A DNA stretch of 64,000 bases, from NCBI GenBank assembly GCA_038883655.1, contig JAVZLQ010000003.1:192001-256000 (forward strand). Reading direction: 5' to 3'. Each line of letters begins with the position of its first letter. Positions within the stretch are counted from its first letter, which is position 1. The notes under the pieces were generated by a model. It was not told the origin of the DNA, did not search any database, and worked only from the letters and a program-made list of their open reading frames with translations. Source of the stretch: Candidatus Bathyarchaeia archaeon. Its GTDB lineage: Archaea; Thermoproteota; Bathyarchaeia; Bathyarchaeales; Bathycorpusculaceae. This document shows, piece by piece, positions 50,111 to 59,488 of this stretch. The translations under genes were made by a program, and so were the position numbers.

Positions 50111-50278
50111 TTAGAAGAAGACGTTTGCTAATATGCAGATTATTATTAGGGTTATTGCTAAGCCAACAAGAAGTTCTGGCCTAACTTTTACGCCCTCCGT
50201 TTCCTCTTCAAAAAAGCGCAGTAATCCCGCACTTGCTGCAGGCATGGGCGCTGAACGTTCCTTCTTTTTCTTGCTCAT
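50111..50278 (-). CDS. secG: Preprotein translocase subunit Sec61beta (55 aa, absent from ORF track)
   Basis: Manual translation: MSKKKKERSAPMPAASAGLLRFFEEETEGVKVRPELLVGLAITLIIICILANVFF; AGL.RFFEE signature plus C-terminal TM. Confidence 0.93.
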   Translation of the reverse strand: MSKKKKERSAPMPAASAGLLRFFEEETEGVKVRPELLVGLAITLIIICILANVFF

Positions 50279-50368
50279 TGCGGACACCTTTTAATTCGAT
50301 ATTTCAACATTCGGCATTATTAATGTTATGTTTATTTCGAAAGAGTTTTTATTTCTGAATAGCCGATA

Positions 50369-51706
50369 TTGTGGTGCAAGGTGTCGTCGATGGAGATGTA
50401 CCGCAAAGAATATGATTACGTGTTTGATTTGTTGCAGAGGCACCACAAATGGTTTAAAGAATGTATTCCGCTAATAGCAAGCGAAAACATCCCAAGCCCA
50501 GCGGTTAGGGAAGCTCTAACAACAGACTTTGGAAATCGCTACGCTGAAGGTTGGCCTGGAGAGCGCGTTTATGCTGGATGCCGCTTCATAGACCAAGTAG
50601 AGTTCAAGTGCATCGAGCTTATGAAAAAACTGTTTAGGGCAGAATTTGTTGATGTTCGCCCAATTTCCGGAGTTGTTGCAAACCTTGTTGTTTATACAGC
50701 GTTTACCGAGCCTGGCGACACCATGATGGCGTTGTCAATACCATGTGGAGGGCACATTACGATGGGAAAAAAGGAGCTTGGCGGGACAGCTGGTGCCGTT
50801 CACGGTTTGATTGTGGAGTATTTGCCGCTTGACTACAAAGAGTTGAATATTGACGTGGACAAGGCAAAAAGTAGAATTGAAAAACTTGCGGCGGAAGGAA
50901 AACCACCAAAGCTTGTCATGTTCGGCGCAAGCGTTTTCCCATTCCCACATCCAGTAAAAGAATTGGCTGACGCAATAAGGGCTGTTGGTGGAACTGTTGG
51001 CTATGACGCGGCGCACGTTGCTGGACTAATTGCGGGAGGACAATTCCAAGATCCTTTGAGAGAAGGTGCAGACGTCGTCAGCTTAAGCACACACAAAACA
51101 TTTTTCGGTCCTCAGCATGGCGGGGTTTTATCTTGGGAAAAATACGCAGATAAGCTAAAGCGGGCAACATTTCCAGGAATGGTTAGCAACCACCACTTAC
51201 ATGCGGTTGCGGGTGTAACAATTGCGTGCGCAGAAATGTTGGAGTTTGGAAGGGAATATGCAAGTCAAATAATTAAAAATGCTAAGGCGTTAGCACAAGC
51301 ACTATACGAGAGAGGATTCAACGTTTTGGCAGAGCATAAGGGTTTCACGGAATCCCACGTAATCCTAATAGACATAACAAAGCATGGAGACGGTGGAACA
51401 ATCGAAGAGACCCTTGAAAAGGCAAACATAATTATTAACAGGAATTTGTTGCCGTGGGACATTAAAGAAGGTAGGCACTTCATGCACCCGGGTGGAATAA
51501 GGCTTGGTGTTTCAGAGGTTACAAGGCTTGGGATGAAAGAGTCGGAAATGACGGAAATAGCGGAGTTCATAAAGCGCGTAGTAATTGACAAGGAAGAACC
51601 AGAAAAAGTAAGAGGGGACGTAGCGGAGTTTAGGAAAGATTATCAAAAGGTTCATTACTGTTTTGAGAACAGCACGGAAGCATATGAGTATATAAAAATC
51701 CGCTAA
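50369..51706 (+). CDS. glyA: Serine hydroxymethyltransferase
   Basis: LIASEN, YAEG.PG.R.Y.G, YDAAH, STHKTFFGP, FPG, GIRLG; start may be ATG 50390. Confidence 0.96.
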   Translation: MWCKVSSMEMYRKEYDYVFDLLQRHHKWFKECIPLIASENIPSPAVREALTTDFGNRYAEGWPGERVYAGCRFIDQVEFKCIELMKKLFRAEFVDVRPISGVVANLVVYTAFTEPGDTMMALSIPCGGHITMGKKELGGTAGAVHGLIVEYLPLDYKELNIDVDKAKSRIEKLAAEGKPPKLVMFGASVFPFPHPVKELADAIRAVGGTVGYDAAHVAGLIAGGQFQDPLREGADVVSLSTHKTFFGPQHGGVLSWEKYADKLKRATFPGMVSNHHLHAVAGVTIACAEMLEFGREYASQIIKNAKALAQALYERGFNVLAEHKGFTESHVILIDITKHGDGGTIEETLEKANIIINRNLLPWDIKEGRHFMHPGGIRLGVSEVTRLGMKESEMTEIAEFIKRVVIDKEEPEKVRGDVAEFRKDYQKVHYCFENSTEAYEYIKIR

Positions 51707-51763
51707 ATATTGAAGTTTAAACGGTTGTGATAAGGGTAAATAAAAATTAAGCAAGCGATAACA

Positions 51764-52195
51764 TTGGAACTGGCAGTGTGGACTATTGGACACAGCAATC
51801 GTTCCATAAACGTTTTTCTTGAACTTTTAAGAGAGCATGAAATCCAAGTTTTAGTGGACATTCGCAGTTTTCCAACATCAAAAATTGAACACTTCAAAAG
51901 GGAAAACATGGAAAAGTGGCTTCCGGAAAACGGAATAGAATATGTTTGGTTGGGAAAGGAGTTGGGCGGATACCGCAAAGGCGGCTATAAAAGGCATACG
52001 CGAACCAAACTTTTCAGAGAAGGCGTAAAGAAACTTCTAGATATAGCTGCCCAGAAAAGGGCATGCATAATGTGCATGGAGACAAACCCAAAATACTGCC
52101 ATAGAAGGTTCATTGCCGCACACTTAGAGAGGAAAGGAGTGAAAGTAGTTCACATAATTTCGAAGGGCCAGCAAAGCCTTATACGCATGGTTTAA
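51764..52195 (+). CDS. DUF488 family protein
   Basis: TIGHSNR, LVDIRSFP.S, ELGG.R, MCME..P..CHR..IA. Confidence 0.9.
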   Translation: MELAVWTIGHSNRSINVFLELLREHEIQVLVDIRSFPTSKIEHFKRENMEKWLPENGIEYVWLGKELGGYRKGGYKRHTRTKLFREGVKKLLDIAAQKRACIMCMETNPKYCHRRFIAAHLERKGVKVVHIISKGQQSLIRMV

Positions 52196-52240
52196 GGTTT
52201 TAAAACAGCAAAGGCAGATACTGTTTCAGCTGGGAAGGAT

Positions 52241-52528
52241 ATGCGCATACTTGAATTTCAAGAGCTAATGCGACGCTTATATTTTCACAGAGACTCACGG
52301 AGAGGCATAGAGAAGACTTTTGAATGGTTAGTGGAGGAGGTTGCAGAACTAGGAGAAGCATTAAAAGCCAACGATAAAAAGGCTTTAGAAAATGAGTTTG
52401 CAGATGTTATTGCATGGCTTGCTTCACTTGCAAACATTGCCAACATAAACCTTGAAAAAGCAGCCCTCAGCAAATACGATAATAAATGTCCAAAGTGTGG
52501 GCAAGCACCATGCCAATGCACTTTTTAG
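52241..52528 (+). CDS. MazG-like nucleotide pyrophosphohydrolase
   Basis: WLVEEVAEL, ENEFADV.AWL.SLAN; C-terminal CPKC...PC.C. Confidence 0.88.
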   Translation: MRILEFQELMRRLYFHRDSRRGIEKTFEWLVEEVAELGEALKANDKKALENEFADVIAWLASLANIANINLEKAALSKYDNKCPKCGQAPCQCTF

Positions 52529-52538
52529 GCGACTAGCG

Positions 52539-52802
52539 TCAAATTAGACGTTTCTGTCCTAAACCAGTAAGCGTCCAAACATTTGGTTTGCTTCGTTTAC
52601 GCTCAACTATCCCTTCAACTTCTAAAAGCCTCAAATGATGCATAACAACATTGTAGTGCATCCCTGTTTGCTCAGCAAGCGTTTTCGCGTCGGTTGAACC
52701 TTTATCTAAAGCGTTCAGTATCTTTGTTCTTGCAAGAAGCCCACGTTTAATATTTTTTACCTCCGTCAAGTATGCTTTGGGGTGATAGGGTTCCTTTAAC
52801 AT
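52539..52802 (-). CDS. Small winged-helix (ArsR-like) DNA-binding protein
   Basis: RTKILNAL...AKTLAEQTGMHYNVVMHHLRLLEVEGIV..W.LT; follows DP2 on the same strand. Confidence 0.75.
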   Translation of the reverse strand: MLKEPYHPKAYLTEVKNIKRGLLARTKILNALDKGSTDAKTLAEQTGMHYNVVMHHLRLLEVEGIVERKRSKPNVWTLTGLGQKRLI

Positions 52803-52841
52803 ATCATCATATTTTATGTTCGTGAAGCTTGAAAAATTTTC

Positions 52842-55800
52842 TTAAGAAAAGTCCGTCAAGCTTATTTGCCTCGGTTTTTTGCTCTCGAATAAAGAGTTAA
52901 TTTCCTCTTTAACTAGTAAGATTCTCTGAGCATAATACTGCGGTAGTCTATATTTCTCAACCAAGCTTTGCGCTGCCTCAAAGTATTTTTCGATGCCGCC
53001 GCGGTAAACAGTTAGAGTTAATTGTCCTCCACAATGAGCGCAAACACCGCGTAGTGGAATACGACGGTAACGTTTGTTGCAGGATTTGCATCTTACGCCT
53101 TGCGTGGAGAATGCGCGCATATTTCCAGCTATATCACGCATAAAATGTTTAGTTAGCACTTTCAGGGCTACTTTTCTAGCGTTTACCGCCTCAACTTTCT
53201 CGGCAAGTTCAAGCTGACTGTTCAGCTTATCAATCATGGTCTTAAGTCGTTTATAGGCGCTTTCGGGGTTTCCATGATTTATGTTTGAAACTGGAGTTGT
53301 GAACTTAAAGCCTTCAAACTGCGCCTCTGTTCCAAGTCTATGTCCAACGAGGTCTATGATGCCGCTTACCTGTTTGGGCTCGGTTCCATTCCAGGTTTTC
53401 TCATAAAATTCTAAGGGATATTCGCTTGCAACATCAAAGTCGTGGGCTTGCCTTTGAACTTCAGCCGTGTTAACAATAGGTACTAGCAGCAGTGGAGCGT
53501 CCATTATTCCACCTATCTGTGATGGCAAGTATTCGCAGGAAAAGTTGATTAGCGTATCCAACACAAGCATCAAGGAGTCCTCATCGCCGTCGCAGTCTCT
53601 TCGCTTTGCAGAGTGCCATATGGGATGCGCATAACAAACGTTTAAGTTTGTAAAGCCAATGATGCGCCCCAAAATTCCAACAGACGTATGAGGCGCCAAG
53701 CCGACAACAAGATGCCCTACGAGTTCTTCCACTTGCTTTATGTTGTAGTATGGGGCAAGCCCGTAAACTTTGGTTAAAAGCTCATCGATAAAGTTTGCAA
53801 CTCGAACGAGGTATTCACCACACTTCAGCGGGATAATAACATCTTGCACTTTCAGCTCGCAAACTTGTTCATCGCTTGTTAGCGGTGCACCAAACATGTC
53901 ATGCGTGTAACCTATTTGCCTAAGCTTTTCATGGGGAACACCAATTTCAGAAGGTTTAAAGTGCGTCAAAGGCGCGTTTGTAATGTCGAAGCGTATTGTT
54001 CCATCCTTGTAAACGGACAAGTCATACTTTGCCCGAAGAACGCCTTTCTCGATTATTTCCGGAGTTTTTGTTTCATTTGTTAGGCCTTTTACGCCTTTCA
54101 AAACTTTAGGAATGGAGACTCCGATGTTGGCACAAGCTTTTTCAAGAATTTCTTTGAAGTTGAAAACTTGCTTTTGGTAAGCTTTAGTTGGAACTTTACA
54201 GACTGGGCACTTGTCTTCCTTCGAGTTTCTGCCGCATTTCGGGCAAACCCTCTCAAGAATTGTCTCTACTCCGCAACTGGGGCACTTTACTCTGAAGGTA
54301 ATGGAGTTGCATGCCGGACATTTGCGTTTAACAATTTCTACTGAGTAAGGCTCCTTTTTTGCTGCCTCTATAATATCCCTTTGAGAACCGCCGCCCAGAC
54401 CAACTGGAAACAGAACGTGGACAAGCGGTTTCATTTCTCTCCTTTTCGCCTTTTCTGGACGCCCCATCCTCGCTCCAACAAAAGTGAGAGCTTTATCCCT
54501 TATCTCAAACCCTGAAAGCACGCTAACCACCTTGGTAATGTGCTTGTCAGATGGCAAATCCACATCTTCCGTCGAGCCGTAACGCAAACAAACAGCAAAA
54601 GCATGCGCATCTTCACCTTCGATAACAATCTTATCGCCAAGGACCCTGTGAGGCAAATAAACTGCCTCTAGAGCACGTTTAACATGCGGATCGTTATCGC
54701 CAACGATTTCTTGGACCAACCCGTTCTCATACCTCACCTTTGAACGGGCAAGCCACGCCCTAATCACCTTAACATCCTCAACCGAAGCGAGATTAGACCA
54801 GAAAAACGTAAACGCTGGATGCAAAGGCACATGTAAAACTAATGAAAGGTCAATAGCCTCTTTTACCGTGGGTTTTTTGGCAAAGGGCTCCTTCAAAAAT
54901 GCGTTAAGCCTATCGACGGGGATACAAACGGCCTTAGAAGCCTCCTCAACGTCCCCATTAAACTTTTCAATAATTGCCCGTTTTAAGTCTTCGACCCACC
55001 ATTCTTCAACATATCCCGAGGGCAAAAGCGCCTTATTATTGTATAAGAAGTCTCCAAAGCTGATCAAAATATCTCCAAGAAACAGAACCTTTGAAACTTG
55101 ATCCTTCACCACGTTAACATCTTCCAAAGTAACACGAACAACCGAACCATCCCTCAAAAGCACCACAGGTGGCTCCAAAGAATCAACAGGTACCGCGATG
55201 CCGCCTTTCCCTGGAAGTTCAAGGCGCATCTGGGTGCCCGCCGCGAGAAAACTGTTAAGTATAAACATTGTTGCCGGATGAACCCCAACGGCAGCCAATC
55301 CAGTGTTGCGAGCTCGCCCATATCTTAAACGGAAACCGCCACGACTTGAGGCAAAGCAAAAGATGGGGCGTCCAGCAATAACGTCGTCCATGAATCCAGA
55401 CGCTTTCTTCTCGGATTTTTTGCGGAATTCCTTAAGCCAATCCCACCCTTGAATGCCAAGTTTCTCGACGATCGCATAGACTTTAGGCGCCCTACCAACA
55501 ACACCATCATTCACAACCCGCAAGGCTCCACCTCTAACACGGTTAGTTTCTATGCGTGGAAGATTGCGGAATGTTGAAACTTCATAAGGGTCGGATTCTG
55601 TGCCCGTTACTTCCACGGGCAACCATTGAAGCGCTTTCAACAATTCCTCATCGGAAACGTGATACTGAAAGCGTCCAACAGAACGCTCGTAAAGGCGTAT
55701 CTCCTCAATAAAGCGAAGCATTTCCTCTTCTCTAGGCTTGTAGCGATCAAGTCCAAGAAGGCGTCTGACAAAGTCGCCGATAATTAGTGTTAAAGCTTGG

Positions 55801-56264
55801 TCCGTGCCGCCAGCAGACCTAATTGGACCAGCAAAGTATATCGCTAGATAACGCGTTCTGTCAAAATTTGTCTTAATTTTCACTTCTGCGACTCCTTGAA
55901 GCGGTGCGGCTGTAACGCCCTCCGTTAATATTGCAAGGGCTGTCCTTATGGCTTGTTCTGCTGCTGCTTCAGCTTCCATGTGCCCAAATTTGCCATAAAC
56001 TATTTCCTCTGCAATTTTAAAGGCTAATTCCTCCCTTGGAAGCTTTTCGCTCAGTTTTCTGATGCTTTCAGCAACACCCTTCGGTCCAACGAGTCCCTCC
56101 ACAAGATCAGCCAAATCCCGCGCAACCTTGCATTCTGGCTTAAGCGCTGGGTCAAACCCTCTTTCTCGTGCCTTTTCGCTCACGCTATATAGTCGCCAAA
56201 ATTCCTTTTCGAGACTTTCAACATAGCGATGATAAGCTTCACTCATTTGACTGTTCAATTGCAA
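52842..56264 (-). CDS. polC: DNA polymerase D large subunit DP2
   Basis: YFAGPIRSAGGT, RLRYGR.RNTG, GARMGRPEKAK.R, KDGTIRFD, LAPHTS, KRRDCDGDED, Zn fingers, PIP-like QISLTDF at the C-terminus; no intein. Confidence 0.98.
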   Translation of the reverse strand: MQLNSQMSEAYHRYVESLEKEFWRLYSVSEKARERGFDPALKPECKVARDLADLVEGLVGPKGVAESIRKLSEKLPREELAFKIAEEIVYGKFGHMEAEAAAEQAIRTALAILTEGVTAAPLQGVAEVKIKTNFDRTRYLAIYFAGPIRSAGGTDQALTLIIGDFVRRLLGLDRYKPREEEMLRFIEEIRLYERSVGRFQYHVSDEELLKALQWLPVEVTGTESDPYEVSTFRNLPRIETNRVRGGALRVVNDGVVGRAPKVYAIVEKLGIQGWDWLKEFRKKSEKKASGFMDDVIAGRPIFCFASSRGGFRLRYGRARNTGLAAVGVHPATMFILNSFLAAGTQMRLELPGKGGIAVPVDSLEPPVVLLRDGSVVRVTLEDVNVVKDQVSKVLFLGDILISFGDFLYNNKALLPSGYVEEWWVEDLKRAIIEKFNGDVEEASKAVCIPVDRLNAFLKEPFAKKPTVKEAIDLSLVLHVPLHPAFTFFWSNLASVEDVKVIRAWLARSKVRYENGLVQEIVGDNDPHVKRALEAVYLPHRVLGDKIVIEGEDAHAFAVCLRYGSTEDVDLPSDKHITKVVSVLSGFEIRDKALTFVGARMGRPEKAKRREMKPLVHVLFPVGLGGGSQRDIIEAAKKEPYSVEIVKRKCPACNSITFRVKCPSCGVETILERVCPKCGRNSKEDKCPVCKVPTKAYQKQVFNFKEILEKACANIGVSIPKVLKGVKGLTNETKTPEIIEKGVLRAKYDLSVYKDGTIRFDITNAPLTHFKPSEIGVPHEKLRQIGYTHDMFGAPLTSDEQVCELKVQDVIIPLKCGEYLVRVANFIDELLTKVYGLAPYYNIKQVEELVGHLVVGLAPHTSVGILGRIIGFTNLNVCYAHPIWHSAKRRDCDGDEDSLMLVLDTLINFSCEYLPSQIGGIMDAPLLLVPIVNTAEVQRQAHDFDVASEYPLEFYEKTWNGTEPKQVSGIIDLVGHRLGTEAQFEGFKFTTPVSNINHGNPESAYKRLKTMIDKLNSQLELAEKVEAVNARKVALKVLTKHFMRDIAGNMRAFSTQGVRCKSCNKRYRRIPLRGVCAHCGGQLTLTVYRGGIEKYFEAAQSLVEKYRLPQYYAQRILLVKEEINSLFESKKPRQISLTDFS

Positions 56265-56345
56265 CTCACACGCTCCACAATACTGTTGGAAGCTATTTTT
56301 GCTTTTACAACAAGTTCACGTCAAAGAAGCAAAAGCAAATATCCT

Positions 56346-56669
56346 TTATTCCGTATGAATTCTACATAAAAAGAGCGCAGCCCATTTATCCTTTTTATGC
56401 CCAGTTGCGTTTTGATACGCTTCCTTCGCAATTCTACTTCTTTTTCCAACGCATTCCTCGCAACGCTTATGCCTAACATCCGATGGACCATCGCACACTC
56501 CGCAGTTTAGCAATAAAACTTCGCCCAAGCCTCTGATTGTTGTCCAAGCATATTCATGCTCGTCGTACTGCGGTTCAAAATCAGGCCAAGTCACGTAGAC
56601 GCCTTCATCACCCAAAACTTTCTTTAAAGCTTTAAAGTAGTTTTCAAATGCCGTCAAGGCTTCGCTCAC
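56346..56669 (-). CDS. Hypothetical Cys-rich (probable Zn-binding) protein
   Basis: 107 aa, CGVC-x10-CEEC; start overlaps the GGGPS stop codon. Confidence 0.65.
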   Translation of the reverse strand: MSEALTAFENYFKALKKVLGDEGVYVTWPDFEPQYDEHEYAWTTIRGLGEVLLLNCGVCDGPSDVRHKRCEECVGKRSRIAKEAYQNATGHKKDKWAALFLCRIHTE

Positions 56670-57418
56670 AGCCTAAAGCGCCTTATACCCTCAATAATCT
56701 CTGAAACTTTATGCCTAAGGTCAGACTTCTCAACGATGTTGCCAGTAACTATAACATCGGCGCCAGCAGATGCCGCCTTCAAAGCTTGCTCTCTTGACCT
56801 TATGCCACCACCAACTATAAGCGGAACATCAACACATTTTTTAACAACCCTTATCATTTCGGGAGGGACGGGTTTTTTCGCGCCAGACCCAGCTTCCAAG
56901 TAAACAAAGCGCATACCCAAATATTGCCCCGCCAAGGCATGTGCGGCAGCAACCTCTGGCTTGTCGTACGGAACCGGAATCGCCTTACCAACTATGCCGG
57001 CAGTCCCACCCTCCCCAACTATTATATAGCCCATAGGTATAGGCTCCAAGCGATACTTCTTAACTAGGGGTGCCCCTAAAATTTGAGCACCAATAATAAA
57101 GTAGGGATCTGTCGAGTTCAAAAGCGACATAAACCATATGGCGTCTGCATGACGGCTTATCCCATTCACGTTGCCAGGGAACAAAATTACTGGTACATCA
57201 ACGGCGCGCTTAATAGCCTTTAAAACGCTGTCAAGGTGGTTGCCGGATGATAGTGTTGACCCACCGACCATTATTCCTGAGGTCCCGCTAAGCTTGGCTT
57301 TGTAGGCAGCCCTAGCTGCTTGTGGCGCTGTTACTTTTTCGGGATCTATAAGCGTTAGATGAATCGCCCCTTCCGACGCTATTTTTTCGAGCAAATATTT
57401 CTCAATGGGTCCCACCAT
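56666..57418 (-). CDS. Geranylgeranylglyceryl phosphate synthase
   Basis: LIDPEK, MVGGS, LFPG, SLLNS, YLEAGSGA, VGGGIR, VTGN. Confidence 0.93.
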   Translation of the reverse strand: MVGPIEKYLLEKIASEGAIHLTLIDPEKVTAPQAARAAYKAKLSGTSGIMVGGSTLSSGNHLDSVLKAIKRAVDVPVILFPGNVNGISRHADAIWFMSLLNSTDPYFIIGAQILGAPLVKKYRLEPIPMGYIIVGEGGTAGIVGKAIPVPYDKPEVAAAHALAGQYLGMRFVYLEAGSGAKKPVPPEMIRVVKKCVDVPLIVGGGIRSREQALKAASAGADVIVTGNIVEKSDLRHKVSEIIEGIRRFRL

Positions 57419-57442
57419 AAAATCGCCTCGTCATGTTGATTC

Positions 57443-57691
57443 TTATGCTGCCGTGCTTCGGACGCCAGAGTATATTTTGTCGGTGAACATGCAGTAGACG
57501 TCCACTTCCGCTTGTGCAGGTTTTACTTGGAACTCTTCTTTTAAGCCGCAATTGCTGCAGCCTACCACAGCGCGACTCTCTTCACGTAATATTTCTACTC
57601 TAACAGTTTCCTTTCCGCATCTAGGACAAGAGAAGAACTTGGGCAAGCGCTTCTTAGGAATACGGACAACCTTTCTTCTTCTACGCCCCAT
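57443..57691 (-). CDS. elf1: Transcription elongation factor Elf1
   Basis: MGRRRRK..LPK.FSCPRCG..CSNCG..VDVYC.F.D. Confidence 0.92.
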   Translation of the reverse strand: MGRRRRKVVRIPKKRLPKFFSCPRCGKETVRVEILREESRAVVGCSNCGLKEEFQVKPAQAEVDVYCMFTDKIYSGVRSTAA

Positions 57692-57791
57692 CTCAACTTC
57701 CTTCTATGCCTAAGATTTTACGGCACTCTACTATTTTATGTTTGTCCTTAAATACTTGCCCGCAACCATAAAGCATTGAGGTGCACACAAG

Positions 57792-58634
57792 TTGAAGTTA
57801 ACTTTGGACATTCTTGAATTGGATTGGAGCGAAGTTGAAACAAAAATAAAACGTTTCATAAGAGATTACGTGGAAAAATCGGGGGCAAAGGGCATAGTTT
57901 TGGGGTTGTCAGGCGGCATTGACAGTTGTACGGTAGCAGCATTATCTGCCTTGGCAATAGGTGGAAAAAATGTTTTGGGACTTATGTTACCAGAAAAAGA
58001 AACATACAATGTCAAAGATGTCGAGCACGCTGAGGCAGTTGCTAGGGAGTTTGGCTTAAAAACGGAGAAAATCGACATTACACCAACTTTAAAAACTTTT
58101 TACAGCTCAATACCAAACTTTGACCCTAAAGATAACCTCTGTAAGGGTAACATAAAGGCACGCGCCAGAATGGTTTACATTTACTATTACGCAAACAAGT
58201 TTAACATGATTGTCTGCGGAAGTTCAGACAAGTCGGAAACAATGATAGGCTACTTCACCAAGTGGGGAGACGTAGCAGCAGATATATCGCCAATCATGGA
58301 CTTATACAAGACGCAAGTTCGGAAACTTGCACGCCACATAGGAGTCCCAGAAGAAATAGTGGCAAAGCCTCCATCGCCAGGTCTCTGGCCGGGACAGTTT
58401 GCTGAAGAGGAGTTGGGAGTAAAATATGAAATTTTGGATTTGATCCTTTACGGCTTGGAGCATTTCATGGAAACTAAGGATATAGCGAATCAGCTGGGTT
58501 TAAAGGAGGATTTTGTGGAAAGAGTTAAACGTAGGTGGCTTGTTACTGAACATAAAAGACGGATGCCGTTGACAACAAAAATTGAATATAGGACTGTTAA
58601 CGCAGATTTTAGACTCCCAAGAGATCTCTGTTAA
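57792..58634 (+). CDS. nadE: NAD+ synthetase (ammonia-dependent, single domain)
   Basis: GLSGGIDS, GNIKARARM, SE..IGYFTKWGD, KTQV, KPPSPGLWPGQ, HKR. Confidence 0.95.
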   Translation: MKLTLDILELDWSEVETKIKRFIRDYVEKSGAKGIVLGLSGGIDSCTVAALSALAIGGKNVLGLMLPEKETYNVKDVEHAEAVAREFGLKTEKIDITPTLKTFYSSIPNFDPKDNLCKGNIKARARMVYIYYYANKFNMIVCGSSDKSETMIGYFTKWGDVAADISPIMDLYKTQVRKLARHIGVPEEIVAKPPSPGLWPGQFAEEELGVKYEILDLILYGLEHFMETKDIANQLGLKEDFVERVKRRWLVTEHKRRMPLTTKIEYRTVNADFRLPRDLC

Positions 58635-58636
58635 AT

Positions 58637-59485
58637 TTGGAGATGAGAAGTGTGAAAGAAAATTTCAAAGTTGCACTTGCCCAAATAAACTGCTATCGTG
58701 CAGATAAAGAGAAAAACATGAGAAAAATGGAAAAGGTAATAACAAAAGTTGCAAAAGAGAAAGTAGACCTCATAATTTTTCCAGAGCTTTCGCTAACTGG
58801 CTACGTGGTTCGAGATGAAATATACAACTTAGCGGAGACAATACCCGGACCATCAACAGAGGCCATGGGAAAAATAGCAAAAAAGACGGGGATATACGTG
58901 GTCTTCGGCATGCCAGAGCTAAGTGAAAAAGCGAAGGCAACCATTTACAATTCAGCAGTGCTTGTAGGTCCGGAAGGATTTGTTGGCAAATATCGCAAGA
59001 TGCATCTTCCAACCCACAGCGTATTTGAGGAAAAAAGATATTTCAGGCCAGGCTATGAGGCTGTAGCGCTTGCCACAAAACTTGGGAAAATTGGGCTAAT
59101 AATTTGCTATGACATTTTCTTTCCAGAATTATGTAGACTTGCACGCCTCAAGGGTGCACAGCTCATAGTTTGCATTTCAGCTTCACCAGCGGTTAGGAAA
59201 GCCTTTTTTGAAACGTTGACAGTTGCCAGAGCGATGGAAAACGCTGTGTTTTTAGCATATGTAAATCTGGTCGGCATAGAAGATGGACTGCAATTTTGGG
59301 GAGGAAGTAGACTCGTTGGACCACATGGGAAAGTGCTCATCCAAGCAAGGTATGACGAAGAAGACCTTGTGATATGTGATGTCAATTACAGTGATATCAA
59401 GCCAGTGGAAGTGTTTGTGCCAACGCTCAAAGATTTACGCCCAGAACTTTTTGGTGAACTGATGGAAAGCGCTAAGCGCTTGTAA
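58637..59485 (+). CDS. Carbon-nitrogen hydrolase (nitrilase superfamily)
   Basis: Glu-Lys-Cys triad: FPEL, YRK.HLP, ICYD; ARA.EN, FWGGS. Confidence 0.92.
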   Translation: MEMRSVKENFKVALAQINCYRADKEKNMRKMEKVITKVAKEKVDLIIFPELSLTGYVVRDEIYNLAETIPGPSTEAMGKIAKKTGIYVVFGMPELSEKAKATIYNSAVLVGPEGFVGKYRKMHLPTHSVFEEKRYFRPGYEAVALATKLGKIGLIICYDIFFPELCRLARLKGAQLIVCISASPAVRKAFFETLTVARAMENAVFLAYVNLVGIEDGLQFWGGSRLVGPHGKVLIQARYDEEDLVICDVNYSDIKPVEVFVPTLKDLRPELFGELMESAKRL

Positions 59486-59488
59486 CTG

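Noticed and set aside
52842-56264. Inteins in DP2 (also checked in MCM and the visible part of Cdc6)
   Set aside because: Lengths and motif spacing are normal and no splicing or LAGLIDADG motifs were seen.
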